A DNA stretch of 64,000 nt, from positions 11,470,001 through 11,534,000 of the forward strand of contig NC_091999.1 of NCBI RefSeq assembly GCF_044704955.1, given 5' to 3'. Of the stretch, positions 26,623 through 39,369 are shown piece after piece. This DNA comes from Pristiophorus japonicus (Eukaryota). Each line of letters starts with the position of its first letter. Position 1 is the first letter of the stretch. A model generated the notes under the pieces. The model saw only the letters and a program-made list of their open reading frames with translations. It was not told where the DNA came from and searched no databases. The position numbers and the translations under genes were made by a program.

Positions 26623-26954
26623 AGAATTTGCAGCGTGGTGCTGGTCATTGCTTTCAGAGTGAGTTCCTGGATCACACAATAATAGACCACAGAATCCGGA
26701 GCCTCTGTCTTTCTGAAAGCGGAATTGCCTCGCTTTTTGATAGTTTCAAGCACAACCTCCAATCATCCGACCCATTCTTTGTCGCTCCATCTGCAAGTGA
26801 TGATTCGCAAAAGCTGTCCATTCGGGATCTGCTTGGACCAGTGGAAGCCGGATATCTCCGAGATGGTGCCGCTGCAATAGAACTGGGCCGGATCTCCTGA
26901 CTGCACTGTTAATGAAGACCGGCGACTGCTGTAAGTCATCTGCAAGACAGTCGT
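26623..26954 (-). pseudogene. V pseudogene (frameshift and stop) with 23-RSS
   Basis: DDLQQSP / LTVQSGDPAQFYCSG...FHWSKQ...G*LEV...DSVVYYCVIQE; RSS CACTCTG-23-GCAAATTCT at 26661-26623. Confidence 0.88.
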
Positions 26955-27017
26955 CTGACAAAAGATGGAAATTAAAGTCAATAATAGTCTAACGATTATC
27001 CATAGAGAGTAAAAACC

Positions 27018-27440
27018 AATAGAAACATAGAAACATAGAAAATAGGTGCAGCAGCAGGCCTTTCGGCCATTCGTGCCTGCACAGCCATTCATTATGATCC
27101 TGGCTGATCATGCAACTTCAGTACCCCACACCCGCTTTATCTCCAAACCCCCTGATCCCCTTAGCCGTATGGGCCACATCTAACTCCCTCTTGAATATAT
27201 CCAACGAACTGAACGCCACAACTTTCTGTGGAAGAGAATTCCATAGGTTCCCAATACTCTGGGTGAAAAGTTTCTCCTCTTCACGCTCCTCTATGGATCT
27301 CGCTCCTCTATGGCTTACCCCTTATCCTTAGACTGTGACCCCTGGTTTTGGACTTCCCTAACATCCGGAACATTCTTCCTGCATCTAACCTGTCCAGTCC
27401 CGTCATAATGTTTATATTTCTATGAGATCTCCTCTGAGAT
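27018..27440 (-). mobile_element. CR1 3' end inserted upstream of the 26.7 kb V exon (former leader intron)
   Basis: (gaaacata)n tail plus CR1 3' UTR. Confidence 0.85.
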
Positions 27441-28491
27441 AAGTCGGCCTTCAATCCATAAAAACAACTGAAAATCAACAGCAGTTAATATGCAGACAGA
27501 ACATGCATTGCACTGCACCGGAATCCACTTAGCGACTGATTGGTTGAGATGGAATTAGAACATTTTTCAACGTATCATATCAGCGCTGTCTCTCTGAAAG
27601 ACACACACTGGTCCCCTTCCCCTGCACCTGATTCAGTAGAACCATCAGCCCCTCATGGTCTCGCTGAAAAACCAACCACTTCGACTCAGCCCACGCCTTT
27701 TCAGCATACGCTGCTAGCTGTTTGTTCCTTTATACCTATAATTATACGCATTCATTTTTAGAAACTGTTATGAAAATAAAGAGAGAAAGAAAGGGAAAAC
27801 AGTGAGGGAAATAGGGAAAAGGAAGGAACGAACAAAAGAAAGACAAAAAACTCCTCTGAACAGATGATTAATGCATCTTTTAAAACAGCTGTACAATAAA
27901 ATTACTTTAGTCCTTTAATTTGCTTTGAGGTTAATCAAGGGTGATTCTTCTGCTCAAAAGAGTTAGTTAACGGCATGAAAATCACAGCAGAGAAATGATT
28001 CTGATCACGATGTCGAGCAGCGCCTTGCATATTTTATTTAGAATGTGTATTTTGCTAACAGAAGTAATCAATGTCAGAATTTACGCTGCTCTGCTACCGA
28101 TATCGCCGAGTCAAAGTCACAAGAGGAAATTTCCGCCCAACATTCCTCTATTTGATCCACGTGGGGACATTGCCTCCAAGCGCCCCGTAGAAAGGAAGAA
28201 CTGGTTTATAAGGGACGGCTGTGCAATTGATGACGTTTAGTCATATATAGTATAGAGATCACATTTCTTTGAACTTTTAAGCCGAGTCAGCAGGAAACTT
28301 TCGAAGTGTTGCATATTCTATGATGCCTAAACAGACATTTGGGGTCCGCGACATTATTTCTCCATTGCAATACCTCAAAAGTAGTTAATTGGCTACTAAA
28401 TGCTTTTGAACGCTCCATCTCTCTTTCCTGTGTTGTGTTTAGGCTAGTGGTTTAACTCTCACGCAATCTACCAAGACTTTGCTCAGAGAGG

Positions 28492-28775
28492 AGATATTGT
28501 ACGAGAGCGGGTCCTTTCTCCTACATTATGGTGCATGGATCAGCAATAGATTCCGGTACCGGCCAACTCTGCCTGGTTCATGCCGTGTGTGCTTTGACTT
28601 TGTTCACAGTCGGAGTGGCTCTGCTTTGAATCCACAATTAATGACTCCCGGGGCCTCGGTCATCAGTCGGCTTTAACAATAGATGTTGTCAGGCGTGTTG
28701 CAACCGCACCGGGGCCTGACGCGTTTTCCTTCTGCTACAAACTCTCGGGCAGCCTGAGAAATATGGGCCAAACTT
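28492..28775 (-). pseudogene. Degenerate V relic with 23-RSS
   Basis: HISQAAREFVAEGKRVRPRC...NIYC*...EAP...AELAGTGIYC*; RSS CATAATG-TAGGAGAAAGGACCCGCTCTCGT(23)-ACAATATCT. Confidence 0.7.
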
Positions 28776-29749
28776 ACATCATCTTTGGACACAATTTGAG
28801 AATTTTTATGTTCTGTCAGTTCTATAAAGCAGGGTGATTGGAATGAAAATTTGACTACTCACAGGACACTAACAGCAGAACCACTTGTAGTACATCTATG
28901 GCTGTGTCTCGTTTTACTGGTCGGTGACGACAGGTTATAATTCTCGATTTAAGTTGCATGTCGTTACTATGGAGCCTGCAACTCGCCGGTGCGCATGTGT
29001 GGATGCAGAGCAACGGCCAAGTGCACAGCGCAACCTACAGGAAGGAGGGGACAGAAACAGATCGAGGCACAAGTCAATTAATCAAGGTTTCTACGAATAA
29101 GGTATATTATGTTGAATAGTTCTTGGCGGCTACAGACAATCAACAATATTTTTCCACGATAGAGGAAGTACAGTTCCGCTCTATACTGCACTGCTGATAC
29201 AATCAATACTAAATAGGGAGCAGCGGCAACATCTATCTCATAAGACAGGGCAGGCAAGGCGAATCAGAGCATGAACAGCAAAGCAAAGCTGGATGTGGCG
29301 CTGCCGCAGGCGGTGTTGTCAAAAGTAGGGTCCGTCTCGGAGGAAATGAATTCAATAATAATTCCCTTTGGAAATTATACAACATTGTCTTTCTATAAGG
29401 GCTGTGTTACTTTGATTGCAAATTCGGAGCAAGCAGTCGAGAGACAAGAATTGCAGAATTATTCTAGTAATCAATAGTTATCGAAATGGTCATCAGGAAA
29501 ATGGTTTAAAGCCAGCGGCTGAATCTAGCAGAGGGCAATAGATCAAAACAGCAACTGATCCCAAGGTTCTGGAGGTGGCCAGGTCATTTACACTTAACTA
29601 ACCTGTAATATTATGAAACTGCAAGGGAATGTACAACATTAATGAGCATAAATATGAGATATAAATCAATTACACGTTCATTTTATTGAGAAAGTGTCAG
29701 TCAGTATTGATTGATGTAAGGTGACCGGCGGTGGGAATTCGCACTCTCT

Positions 29750-29767
29750 CAGCGCCACCTGCTGGCC
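29750..29767 (-). promoter_or_regulatory. CTCF-like motif ~40 bp downstream of a V RSS
   Basis: GGCCAGCAGGTGGCGCTG; paralog of 7229-7246. Confidence 0.7.
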
Positions 29768-29807
29768 GAGTTTAACGTATCTCCTTTGAGCTGATCTCAC
29801 AGAACAC

Positions 29808-29846
29808 GGTTACTGTACGAGGTGTCCCGAGGGCCTTCTCACTGTG
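29808..29846 (-). other. 23-RSS
   Basis: CACAGTG-AGAAGGCCCTCGGGACACCTCGT(23)-ACAGTAACC. Confidence 0.92.
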
Positions 29847-30537
29847 GAACTCAGTGCACAGTAGTACACGGCGCTGTCAGAGAGAAGCAGCTCAGTAATG
29901 GAGAAAACAGCGATATTTTTCGATTTTTCCAGAATGACAGAGAAACGGCCGTTAACTTCGTCCTTTCCAAAGGAATGTGCCTGAATTACGAAAGTCGGAG
30001 CCCTGCTCTGGCTCTGACGGTAAAGCTGCAGCGAATAGCTCGAATCTGTGGTTGAATAGCTACAATTAATGCTCATCGAGGTTCCCTCCAGATATTGGGC
30101 ATCTGTTGGCCACTGTTTCACGGAATCTCCAGAACTCAATCCTGCAGAAAATATTCCAGGTTACCCATGGAAACAGAATGAAAAAACAGCTAATAGCTAG
30201 ATATATTGATATGTAAAAACATAGAACTGATATTACTTTTTTATTTCTTTATGATATTATTTGACTGTGGTCGACTTATAGACAGACAGACGATGGGGCA
30301 GAAATATAAAGCTTCATATTAACGGCTGTACATTAACACATGAACAGCTTGATATAGACATACAGAGTAAAAGATAGACAAGCAGTTTGATGAATAATTG
30401 TACAGGCAGAGACATTGAGGAACGGAGGACTGTTGTATCAAGAGTGCAACGGACAGTTTGACACAAATGTATAAATAAATAAACCAACCAAATAACAACG
30501 TTGTAAGGAACCAAATAACGCAATACCCAAACTCCAT
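29847..30537 (-). CDS. TRAV: TCR alpha/delta V gene segment (leader 30537-30489, V exon 30141-29847); intact, LYRQ clade
   Basis: MEFGYCVIWFLTTLLF-G|gttggt; tttctgcag|LSSGDSVKQWP...INCSYST...LQLYRQ...DSAVYYCALS; canonical heptamer. Confidence 0.93.
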
Positions 30538-30779
30538 AATGGCCGCAGTCTCTCTACACTGTGTCTGCGCACTGCACCCGGTGCCTCCTGTCAGTTGCAG
30601 CTTTCGGACTGAATCGGCGAATTTGTGGTGTTTGCATCAGCACAAGGAGTCCTCGTCATTTCCTGCATCAAACCAAGATTCTGGTTTCAATGAGCTGCCG
30701 CTGATCATTGTGGCTGTCTGTGTTCATCATCTCTGCCCGCGGCCCCAGCACAGATGCTCCGTGTGATTTTCAGTTTTAT

Positions 30780-33030
30780 CATAAAATCATAGAAATTAAC
30801 ATCATGGACGGAGGGCATTTCGGCCCATCGTGTCCTTGCTGGCCAACACGAGGCTACTCACCCTAATCCCACTTTGGAGCTCTATGTGCGTTGCCTTCCA
30901 GGTTACAGCACTTTAAATGCACATCTAATTACTTTTTAAATGTAGTAAGGGCTTCTGCCTCGACCACTTTTTCAGGCAGTGAGTTGCAGACTCCCACAAC
31001 CGTCTGGGAGAAGAAACATCTCATGAAATCCTCTCTAAACCTTGTACCAATTACTTTAATGTTATTCCCCCTGGTTATTGACCGCTCGGTTAAGGGAAAT
31101 ACGCCTTTTATTTCCACGATATCTAGGCAGCTCGTAATTTTATACGTCACAATGAGATCTCGCCTCAGCCTTCTCTGCTCCACGGAAAACAAACACAGCC
31201 AATCCAATCTGTATCATAGCTAAGATGCTCCGCTCCCGGCAACATCCTCATAAATACTCTCTGTACCATCTCCAATGCAATCACTTCCTTCCTCTAACAC
31301 AGTGACCAGCACGCCAGCTGTGGATCAACTAGTGTTTTATACAGTTCACGCATAACCCCCTGCTCCTGTATTCTCATAATCATCATCATCATCTATGCCT
31401 CGGTTAATAAAGGCAAGAATTCCATGAGCATTCTTAACCACCTTATCTAGTTGGCCTGCTAACTTCAAGGATCTGTGGACGTGCACTCAAAGGTCCCTTT
31501 GCTCCTCTACACTTCTCAGAGTCCGACCAGTTAATGAGTATTCCCTTTCCTTATTAGCCCTCCACAAATTCATTAACTTACACTTTTTCAGATTAAATTC
31601 TATTTGCTACTGTTCTGCCCACCTGACCGGTTGACTGATGTCATTATGCAGTCTATAGCTTTCTTCTTCAGAATCAACCACACAGCCGATGTTCGTATCA
31701 TCTTCAAATTTCTTAATCATGCCCCCTATATTCAAGTCCAGATCATTGATGTAGACCCCATAAGCCAAGGCATGTAGAACTGAATCCTGCATAACCTCAC
31801 TGGAAACAACCTTCTGGAAACAGCCTTCCAGTCACAAAAACATCTATCAACCATTACTCTTTGCTTCCTGCCTTTGAGCAAATTTTTGATCCAAATTGCC
31901 ACTTTGCCCTGGATTCCATGGGCTTTTACTTTCGTGAACAGTCGTCCATGTGGAACCTTGTCAAAAGCCTTGCTGAAATCCATTTGACTACATCAAACGC
32001 ACTGCCCTCATCGACCCTCCTTTTTACCTCCTCAAAAAATTAAATCAAGTTAGTCAGACACGATGTTTCCTTAACAAATCCTTGCTTACTGTCCTTGATT
32101 AATGCGTGTCTTTCTAAATTAAGATTTATCCTGTCCTTCTGAATTTTTTCCAATAATTTTCCAACCACCGATATTACCATGAACTTGTCAGCCATGACCT
32201 CATTGAATGGCGGTGCAAGCTGGAAGGGCCTAATGGCCTACTCCTGCACCTATTTTCTATGTTTCTATGTCTATGTTTCTATGTTAGGTTGACTGGGATG
32301 TAATTACTCGGTCTATCCATTTCTCCCTTATTAAAAATGATACCACATTAGCTGTCCTCCAGTCCTCTGGCACGACACCTTAAGCCAGAGAGGTTTTTAA
32401 AATGATGGTCAAAGCCTCTGCTGCTACCTCTTTCGCTTCGATTAACAGCGTGGAATATATTTCATTCGGGGCTGGAGATATATCCTCTTTCAAAGCTGCC
32501 ACACCCCTTCATACCTCCTCTCACACTATGTTTTTTGATCTAATATATGACACTCCTCTTCCCCGAAAGCAGTGTCTGCATCGCCTCTCTCCTTTGTGAA
32601 AACAGACACAAAGTATTAATTAAGAACCATACCCACATCTCCCACCTCCACATACAGATTATCCTCATGGTCTTTAATAGGCCCTACACTATCTTCAGTT
32701 ATCCTCTTGATCCTAATATGTTTATAAAACATCTCTGGGTTTTCCTTGATTCTACTTGCCCAGAATTTTTCAGGCTCGCTCTTTGCCGACCTAATATCTT
32801 TTTTTAGTTTCACCCCTGCACTTTCGATACCGCTCCAGAGATTCTGCAGTATTTAGCCCTCGGTATATGTGATTCTTCTCTCTATCTTACCCTGTATGTC
32901 TCTCGACATCCAGGGAGCTCTAGACTTTTAGTCCCACCCTTTTTTTTAGGTCTACATATTTGGTCTGAAACCTCCGGATCTACTCCTTGAATGCCTCCCA
33001 CAGCTCTGACACTGATTTATCTTCTGCCCA
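30780..33030 (-). mobile_element. CR1 LINE (RT region to tail) with a nested + strand CR1 tail at ~32170-32283
   Basis: DFSKAFDKVPH, YINDLD...FEDDT and RRLRRDLI; the nested piece ends in (tatgtttc)n. Confidence 0.9.
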
Positions 33031-33747
33031 AACATCTGATCATTCGAAGGCAGGAATGTGTGAGGATTGTGCCCGACCGTTACTGGCCTCACACGCAATA
33101 TCGTGGAGACATCTCGGACTTGCTCCTAACTGCAACAACTACAACAAGAATAAAATCTTTTATTGATATTTTCTCAGTCGAAAATTACACTTCGATTGAA
33201 ATTTATTCTTCAAAAAATTTCCCATTTCTACCATGGTTTGAAATCAGTGGTTACGTTGAATAAGGAGTCGATTTCAGGGTTTACTTGCCACAATATCATT
33301 ACGTTAGAATGACCCATTAACGGAAGTTTACATTTAAACCCTTTTGGCTGCTTATCTGCTTATCTTTATCTCTCTGTGTTTGTGAGGTTGAATGCATGTG
33401 TCTGTGTGCATGTTGATCTGTCCGTCGTTTTTTATCTGTATGCAATTGTTTCGTTATTGGTTTGTGTTTGTGCCTGTGCATCGTTATATTTGTTCACTTT
33501 GCGTGTGTTTCCAATGCTGTATGTGAGCTTTGAAGAACGCACAATAGGGGACTCTCAGATCACATCTTCAAGTTCTTTCATCTTAAACAACTCAGCTGAA
33601 TTCACAAAAATAACCTCCACAACATATCCACCAGTGTGTACCAGTGATGTTGTGTGTGGGTGTGCGTATGTATGTGTGTGTGTGTGTGTGTGTGTCTGTC
33701 TGTCTGTCTGTCTCTGTATTTCCAATGCGCTCGGTCCAGTTTGTACT

Positions 33748-33765
33748 GTCCACAGGAGGGCGCTC
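33748..33765 (+). promoter_or_regulatory. CTCF-like motif ~270 bp upstream of a V leader
   Basis: GTCCACAGGAGGGCGCTC; a CAGGAAGTGACTC ETS/AP1-like site follows at ~33798. Confidence 0.5.
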
Positions 33766-34029
33766 TCTGAACAATTAATATCATTATTCCTTAACGACAG
33801 GAAGTGACTCTTTGGAGAGATACAAATGTGGGGACGGGGTCCGGAGAGAAAAATTGCCAGCACATTTGATAAGATCTTGCAGTGGCACAATTGCTCGCAT
33901 TTCAGGCCCGGTACAATCAATGATCACAGTCTCTTGTTTCTGAAGTTCCGACTGGCGAAATAGAGGTGAAACTGCCTGAATCTGGTTATTGCCCTGATCA
34001 CAGGTCGGAGATATTTGAACCTCCCAACA

Positions 34030-34478
34030 ATGTTTTGCGTCCTCAGACAATTTACTATCTCCATCTCTGGGTAACTATTCCCTTTCTGTTACTCTGTCCA
34101 ACCTGTTGTGTATCTGCTGTTTATATCAGAGATGAGTAACGGAGACTCTGTATACCAGTCAGAACAAGTTGTCGGATCTGAAGAGAATGCAGATCCAGCA
34201 ATAACCTGCAGTTACTCTGTGTCGGGTTCAGCGACAAGCTATGGCCTATTCTGCTATCGCCAGTACACCCAGCAGGCCCCGCAGTATCTGCTCACAGCCC
34301 ATGATTATTGGAATAACGAAACCGCTCTCGGCTTTGAACACATCCACGGGATTCGCAAACGGAAACAAAGCACATTTCCTTTATCTGTGAAAGGATTGAA
34401 GATCAAAGAGGGGGCCGTGTATTACTGTGCCCTGAGACACACAGCAAAGAAGGGACTCTCGTGCATGTTGCAAAAACA
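34030..34478 (+). pseudogene. TRAV/DV segment: open V exon (34130-34439) but Trp41>Cys and an apparently out-of-phase leader; 23-RSS at 34440-34478
   Basis: GDSVYQS...ITCSYS...LFCYRQ...AVYYCALRH; RSS CACAGCA-23-GCAAAAACA; leader 34030-34070 is 41 nt (phase 2) while the V exon needs phase 1. Confidence 0.85.
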
Positions 34479-35539
34479 GGGGAAAGAAGGTGCCGTGCGT
34501 GAGCTCCAGGAAAATAGCTGTGATTGAATCCCCGAAGGTTTGTACAGGAAACAAATTGGAAAATACAATTGGATCCGATCGGGTTTCTCCAGTTAAAATC
34601 TTTGCTTTCAGTTTTGGGATAAGTGAAGTATCACAACCATTTTAATCAAGCGTCAGATTTAGTGTTAGCACAGTCCTCCGGATCAATGGGAAGAATCTCT
34701 GAAAATAAAGTCCTGGATATGCTGCAGATCCGTCAGGTCACATTTTAAAAAGCTATTGAACTGGTGCAGAGAGCTGTGCACTTATCATGCCCCTTGTGAT
34801 ATTTACACTATGACCAGAAATGGAGCACATTGACTGTGTGGGAGCTAAATGGTACCGCGTATTGAGATTCATTGATCATATTTGCTGCTTTTGAACTTAA
34901 AGAAATCGAGCGAGAGAAAGTGAGTGAGAGAGGAGTGAGAATGCGACTGAGTAAAACAGAGTGAGTAACACCGAGACAGAAGAAAGAGACAGAGAGACTA
35001 ATATTTGAACCTCACGGATCAAATGCAAGTTATTCCATCGGGTACGAGGAATCATTTTTAAAATACACATGCCACCTGTAGTAGAGATTTATCAACACCA
35101 GTTAGCGCTGGTGATCGAATGACTGACTTTTTTTAAACCACATATCAGGATAGATGTCAAGATCTTGGAGAGGGTGCAGACGTGAGTTACTATGATTGGA
35201 TCATGGTTGAGGGACATCAGTTATGTGGAGTTACTAGAAAAGCTGGGTTACTTCTCTTTAGAGCAGAGATGGTTAAGAGGAGCATTGATATGGTTGTTCT
35301 AAATTATGAAGGCTTTTAATAGAGTTGATGTTTCGATACAGTTGTCACTGGAAGGACGGTCATTAACCAGTGGACACAAAATTCATATAATTAGCAAAGG
35401 AACCAGAGGGGGAATTATTATTATTATTATTATTATTCATTATTATTCAAGAATAAACATTATTCGTGCAGGGAGTTGCATTGACCGAAATTATGGTGAA
35501 AGCAGATTCATTATCAACTTTCAAAAGGGAATTGCCCTT

Positions 35540-35950
35540 TCCTGTTATTACTACATTAGTACATGTTTCTGTTTATATTACACTTGACCCTGTCTGAGTT
35601 ATTGCTGCACAAGTCACTGTCTATGTTTAATTTACAGTAAACCCTATCTCTGTTATTATTGCACTAGACCATGCCTCGGTTTATGTTACAATAATTCCAA
35701 TCTTTGTTATTACTGCACAGGCCATCTATTTGTTTATATTACATAAAGCCCTTTCTCCTTTATTACTGAACTATACCTTGTCTCTGTTTATATTACACCT
35801 GGCCATATCATAATTATTGCTGCAATTGACCATGTCTATGTCTATATTATGCCAGATGCAGTCTTATTTACTAAAACACTAGGCCATGCCTCTCTATACA
35901 TTATAATGGACGATTTCCAATTTAATACTGCGCAAAACCATGTTTCCCTT
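35540..35950. repeat. Degenerate ~30-bp minisatellite (tctctgtttatattacactagacc), continuing at 39070-39330 after the LTR element
   Basis: Repeated gtttatattacac / ttattactgcac units on both sides of the LTR element. Confidence 0.75.
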
Positions 35951-35951
35951 T

Positions 35952-38900
35952 TGATAAGTATGCATGCCGATGATGTACTGAATGTACTGTAACACTAGAC
36001 CTGCATATACCTTAACTGTACAACAGAGGGTGCTGCTGCTGGAGATCTAAGGGCAATTGTACACTGCAGGCAACCCTGTATAAAAGGGAGCTCACCTCTT
36101 AATGTCCTCACTCTAGGAGCTGCAATGAAGGACTATAGTCTGTACAGTTCAAGTGCTATGCCCCTGCCTCGTGGATCATTAACGGAGTGCCAACATACAC
36201 AATAACTGGCGACGAGGTTTTGAATTCGACGCACAACAGGTCTAATCTCAGCAACTTCCAACAATTCACCAATGGGGAAGATTGGGACGACTTCATGGAA
36301 GGGTTAGAACATTTCTTAATTGTGAACGATCTGGATGGTGACTCTCCGGCCACACTGGCGACCATGCGCAATGGTATCCTGCTTAGTAGTTGTGGGCCCA
36401 CCATCCACGGCCTCGTCTGGGATCTGCTAGACCTAGCAAAGGCAACAACTAAGAGCTATGGGGAGCTCGTAACATTAATACAAGTGCAACTGAAACCCAA
36501 AGAGGTCATCCTCACAGCCAGACATCGGTTCTACACTCACCGGCAACCCGAAGGCCAAGAAATTGCTAAGTATGCTGCAGATTTAATAAGGCTGGCTGCA
36601 CAGTGTGATTTTGGCGACCACATCACCGAAGCACTAAGGGACATATTTGTTATTGGAATCGGCTACGAGGGCTTCTTCCATGAACTGGTCTCGGCAGAAA
36701 TCACAGTCACTCTGCAGAAGGCAATCAAAGTGAGCCACGCCTTCGTGATTTCCGTCTGTGACTCCAAACGAATGATGACCCACACCCACGGCTCTAATCC
36801 GACAAACGCAGTGAACAGAATGGCGACTTACAAAGGCAGAAATGCTGCCCCGAGACTCACAAACCTGAGTCCACTACATGGGGCCAACCGGCGAGCCACG
36901 TGCTGGCACTGTGGTGGAAAACACAGGGCCCACCAGTGCCGCTACAAAGACTACAACTGCAAAGGCTGCAACGCAAAAGGTCACCTTCAGAGAATGTGCA
37001 TAAAAAGCTTTACTCACTGCGTCGCTGAAAAGTTGGCTGATCACCTGGGCTCTGACACTGATGAAGACGAAGCTGCTCAAACCCTGGAAGAAGAGTACGG
37101 AATTTATACCTGCTCCACCGAGAGTTCCCTAGGAAGATGGAAGTGGACATCAACGGAGTTTCAGATTCGATTGAGATCGACACTGGGGCGAGCCAGACTT
37201 TGATGAGCCAGATGACCTTCGTAAAACTTTGGAACAATCCAGCCAAACGACCAAAGCTGTCTCATATCCAGGCAAAGCTGCTCACCTAACCAAATGCACC
37301 ATCTCAGTCGTTGGCAACTTGGATGTACTGGTCTCCCAGGGCTGCACAATGAACAATCTCCCCTTGTGGATTGTTGCCGTCGATGGTCCAACGCTGCTGG
37401 GAGGAAGTTGGATAAAGCACTTCCAAAGCAGTCGAAGCAATGATGGCCTCTGGGACTCAGCGAACGTCATCCCATGCAGCCCCGAACTTGGATCCATCGT
37501 TGCACCTAGAAATCCTACCGTCCAGCTCGACTGCGCAGTGTGCACAACACCAAGCTGAGACCACCAAACCGAGCGTCCAGACCTCACCTTCCGGGCCGCG
37601 GCCAGACTCTGAGAGAAGAAGATTGTCGAAGAAAGTGGATTCCCGATGTCTGTGGCCAAACCTGAGAAGAAAAGGATCACCACTGCCTACCTCAAGGAGA
37701 GCGAGAAAATGGCGGCCGCACCACGAGACGAAGAACCTAGAAACTAAATGGCCGTGATCAGACCATGATGGTCAGCGTTGGAGGAGTGACACGTGGCACC
37801 AAGTGGCGAACCGGATTGGAAGGCCTCTATAAAGGAGACCAGTAACCCAAAGAAATAAAAGGGACAATTTCACTCTAGTTACAGCAATTCCAAGAACTTT
37901 AAAGTTAAGTGCAGAAAGCGAATGCAGGTATGCTAATGTAACGTTGAATTGTGATGCTGGATTAACTGATGAAAAACATGTGATGAATGCTTGTGAAAGT
38001 GCTGTTAGCAATAAGTTTGTACTGTTAATGATGATGTTAAAATGTTAATATGACAAATGTAACCATGTATGGAGAACTGATACAGAAGAGAGTGCTGTAA
38101 GTACTAAAAGTTATAATTTAAAGAGAGATAACAATGTAGAATCGAGTATTTTTGTTCGGAGCCAATGTTTCATGTATGCAGAAAGTAGACTGTTAAATGA
38201 CACCGGGTTCTACCGTTACAATGTAAATGCTAGAGGAATCCCCCAAGGGAGACGCCAGGTCCAGTGGGCTACCCAACCTTGTAGTCTGGGCGTTTGCGAA
38301 AAAATGTGATACCCCAGGAAGGGCTCACACACACCCACTGGGAGCAGACCCACTGCAAGGACAGCAGTCAAAGGGCAGCGCAGCCACCACCATTGGCAAC
38401 TTGCCCCTGTTCGGCCCTACACACCCTGGCACCAGGTCCAGCACCGGGAGCGAGAGGCCAGTAACCTGTAGCTTTCATGGCGGACCATGGGATGACCAGA
38501 TTTCCACCAAAACTGGAGGACAAGGCGCTCAGAGAGCACTGTGGACATGCCCACGACCAAACACCACACTTACACACTCTACACTGTATGTGCCTTACCC
38601 ATTGCACTGGCGTCACCACTGAGCATTCCTCACACACTGACACCCACATGGTCTGTGTATGTGTTGTGGGGGGGGGGGAATGAATGAGAGCAGCCTCAAG
38701 GACAGGGATCTCAACTGGAACCCACACAACCCTCAGCACAATCTTCCAGAGCCCACTACTGATCAGCAGCCCATGTCATGGCAATAAGGACTTGGTAAAC
38801 GCTTAGGGGGGAGTGTTGTTTTGTATGCATGCCAAAGATGTAATTATGTACTGTAACGCTAGACCTGTATATACCTTACCTGTACACCAGAGGGTGTGCA

Positions 38901-39068
38901 GCTTGAGGCCTAAGTGTCACCTCAACGCTGCAGCAACCCTGTATAAAAGGGAGCTCACGTCTTAGTGTCCTCACTCTAGGAGCTGCAATAAGGAACTACA
39001 ATCTGTACAGTTCAAGTGCCATATCTCTGCCTCGTGGAGTCATTAACAGAGTACCTACATACACAATA
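35952..39068 (+). mobile_element. Ty3/Gypsy (Mag-like) LTR retrotransposon, non-autonomous (gag plus protease remnant, no RT/RH/IN)
   Basis: LTRs at 35952-36204 and ~38817-39068; 5-bp TSD CCTTT on both sides; PBS-like TGGCGACGAGG at 36207; polypurine tract AGGGGGGAG before the 3' LTR. Confidence 0.92.
36187..37203 (+). CDS. Gypsy Gag-like ORF with two zinc knuckles; frameshifted aspartic protease (DTGAS) follows
   Basis: EDWDDFME.LEHF, ARHRF...Q.EGQ, CDFG, CWHCGGKH...C and CKGCNAKGHL...C. Confidence 0.85.
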   Translation: MPTYTITGDEVLNSTHNRSNLSNFQQFTNGEDWDDFMEGLEHFLIVNDLDGDSPATLATMRNGILLSSCGPTIHGLVWDLLDLAKATTKSYGELVTLIQVQLKPKEVILTARHRFYTHRQPEGQEIAKYAADLIRLAAQCDFGDHITEALRDIFVIGIGYEGFFHELVSAEITVTLQKAIKVSHAFVISVCDSKRMMTHTHGSNPTNAVNRMATYKGRNAAPRLTNLSPLHGANRRATCWHCGGKHRAHQCRYKDYNCKGCNAKGHLQRMCIKSFTHCVAEKLADHLGSDTDEDEAAQTLEEEYGIYTCSTESSLGRWKWTSTEFQIRLRSTLGRARL

Positions 39069-39369
39069 CCTTTACATTACACTGCCTCAGATATTACGAA
39101 AGACCCTGTCTCTATTTATATTACATTCGACGAAGTCCCAATTATTACTGTACCGAACCATGTCACTGTTTATATTACACTATCCTCTGTCTCAATTATT
39201 ACTGCACTATACCATGAATTAATATTACATAAGTTCATGCCTCTGTTTATATTACACTCATTCCTATCATGTTTATTACTGCACCCTAATTCATGTCAAT
39301 GTTTATATTACACCAGACTGCTGCAGTTATTTCACTGCAAAAGTACTTCATTGGATGTAACGCGCTTTG

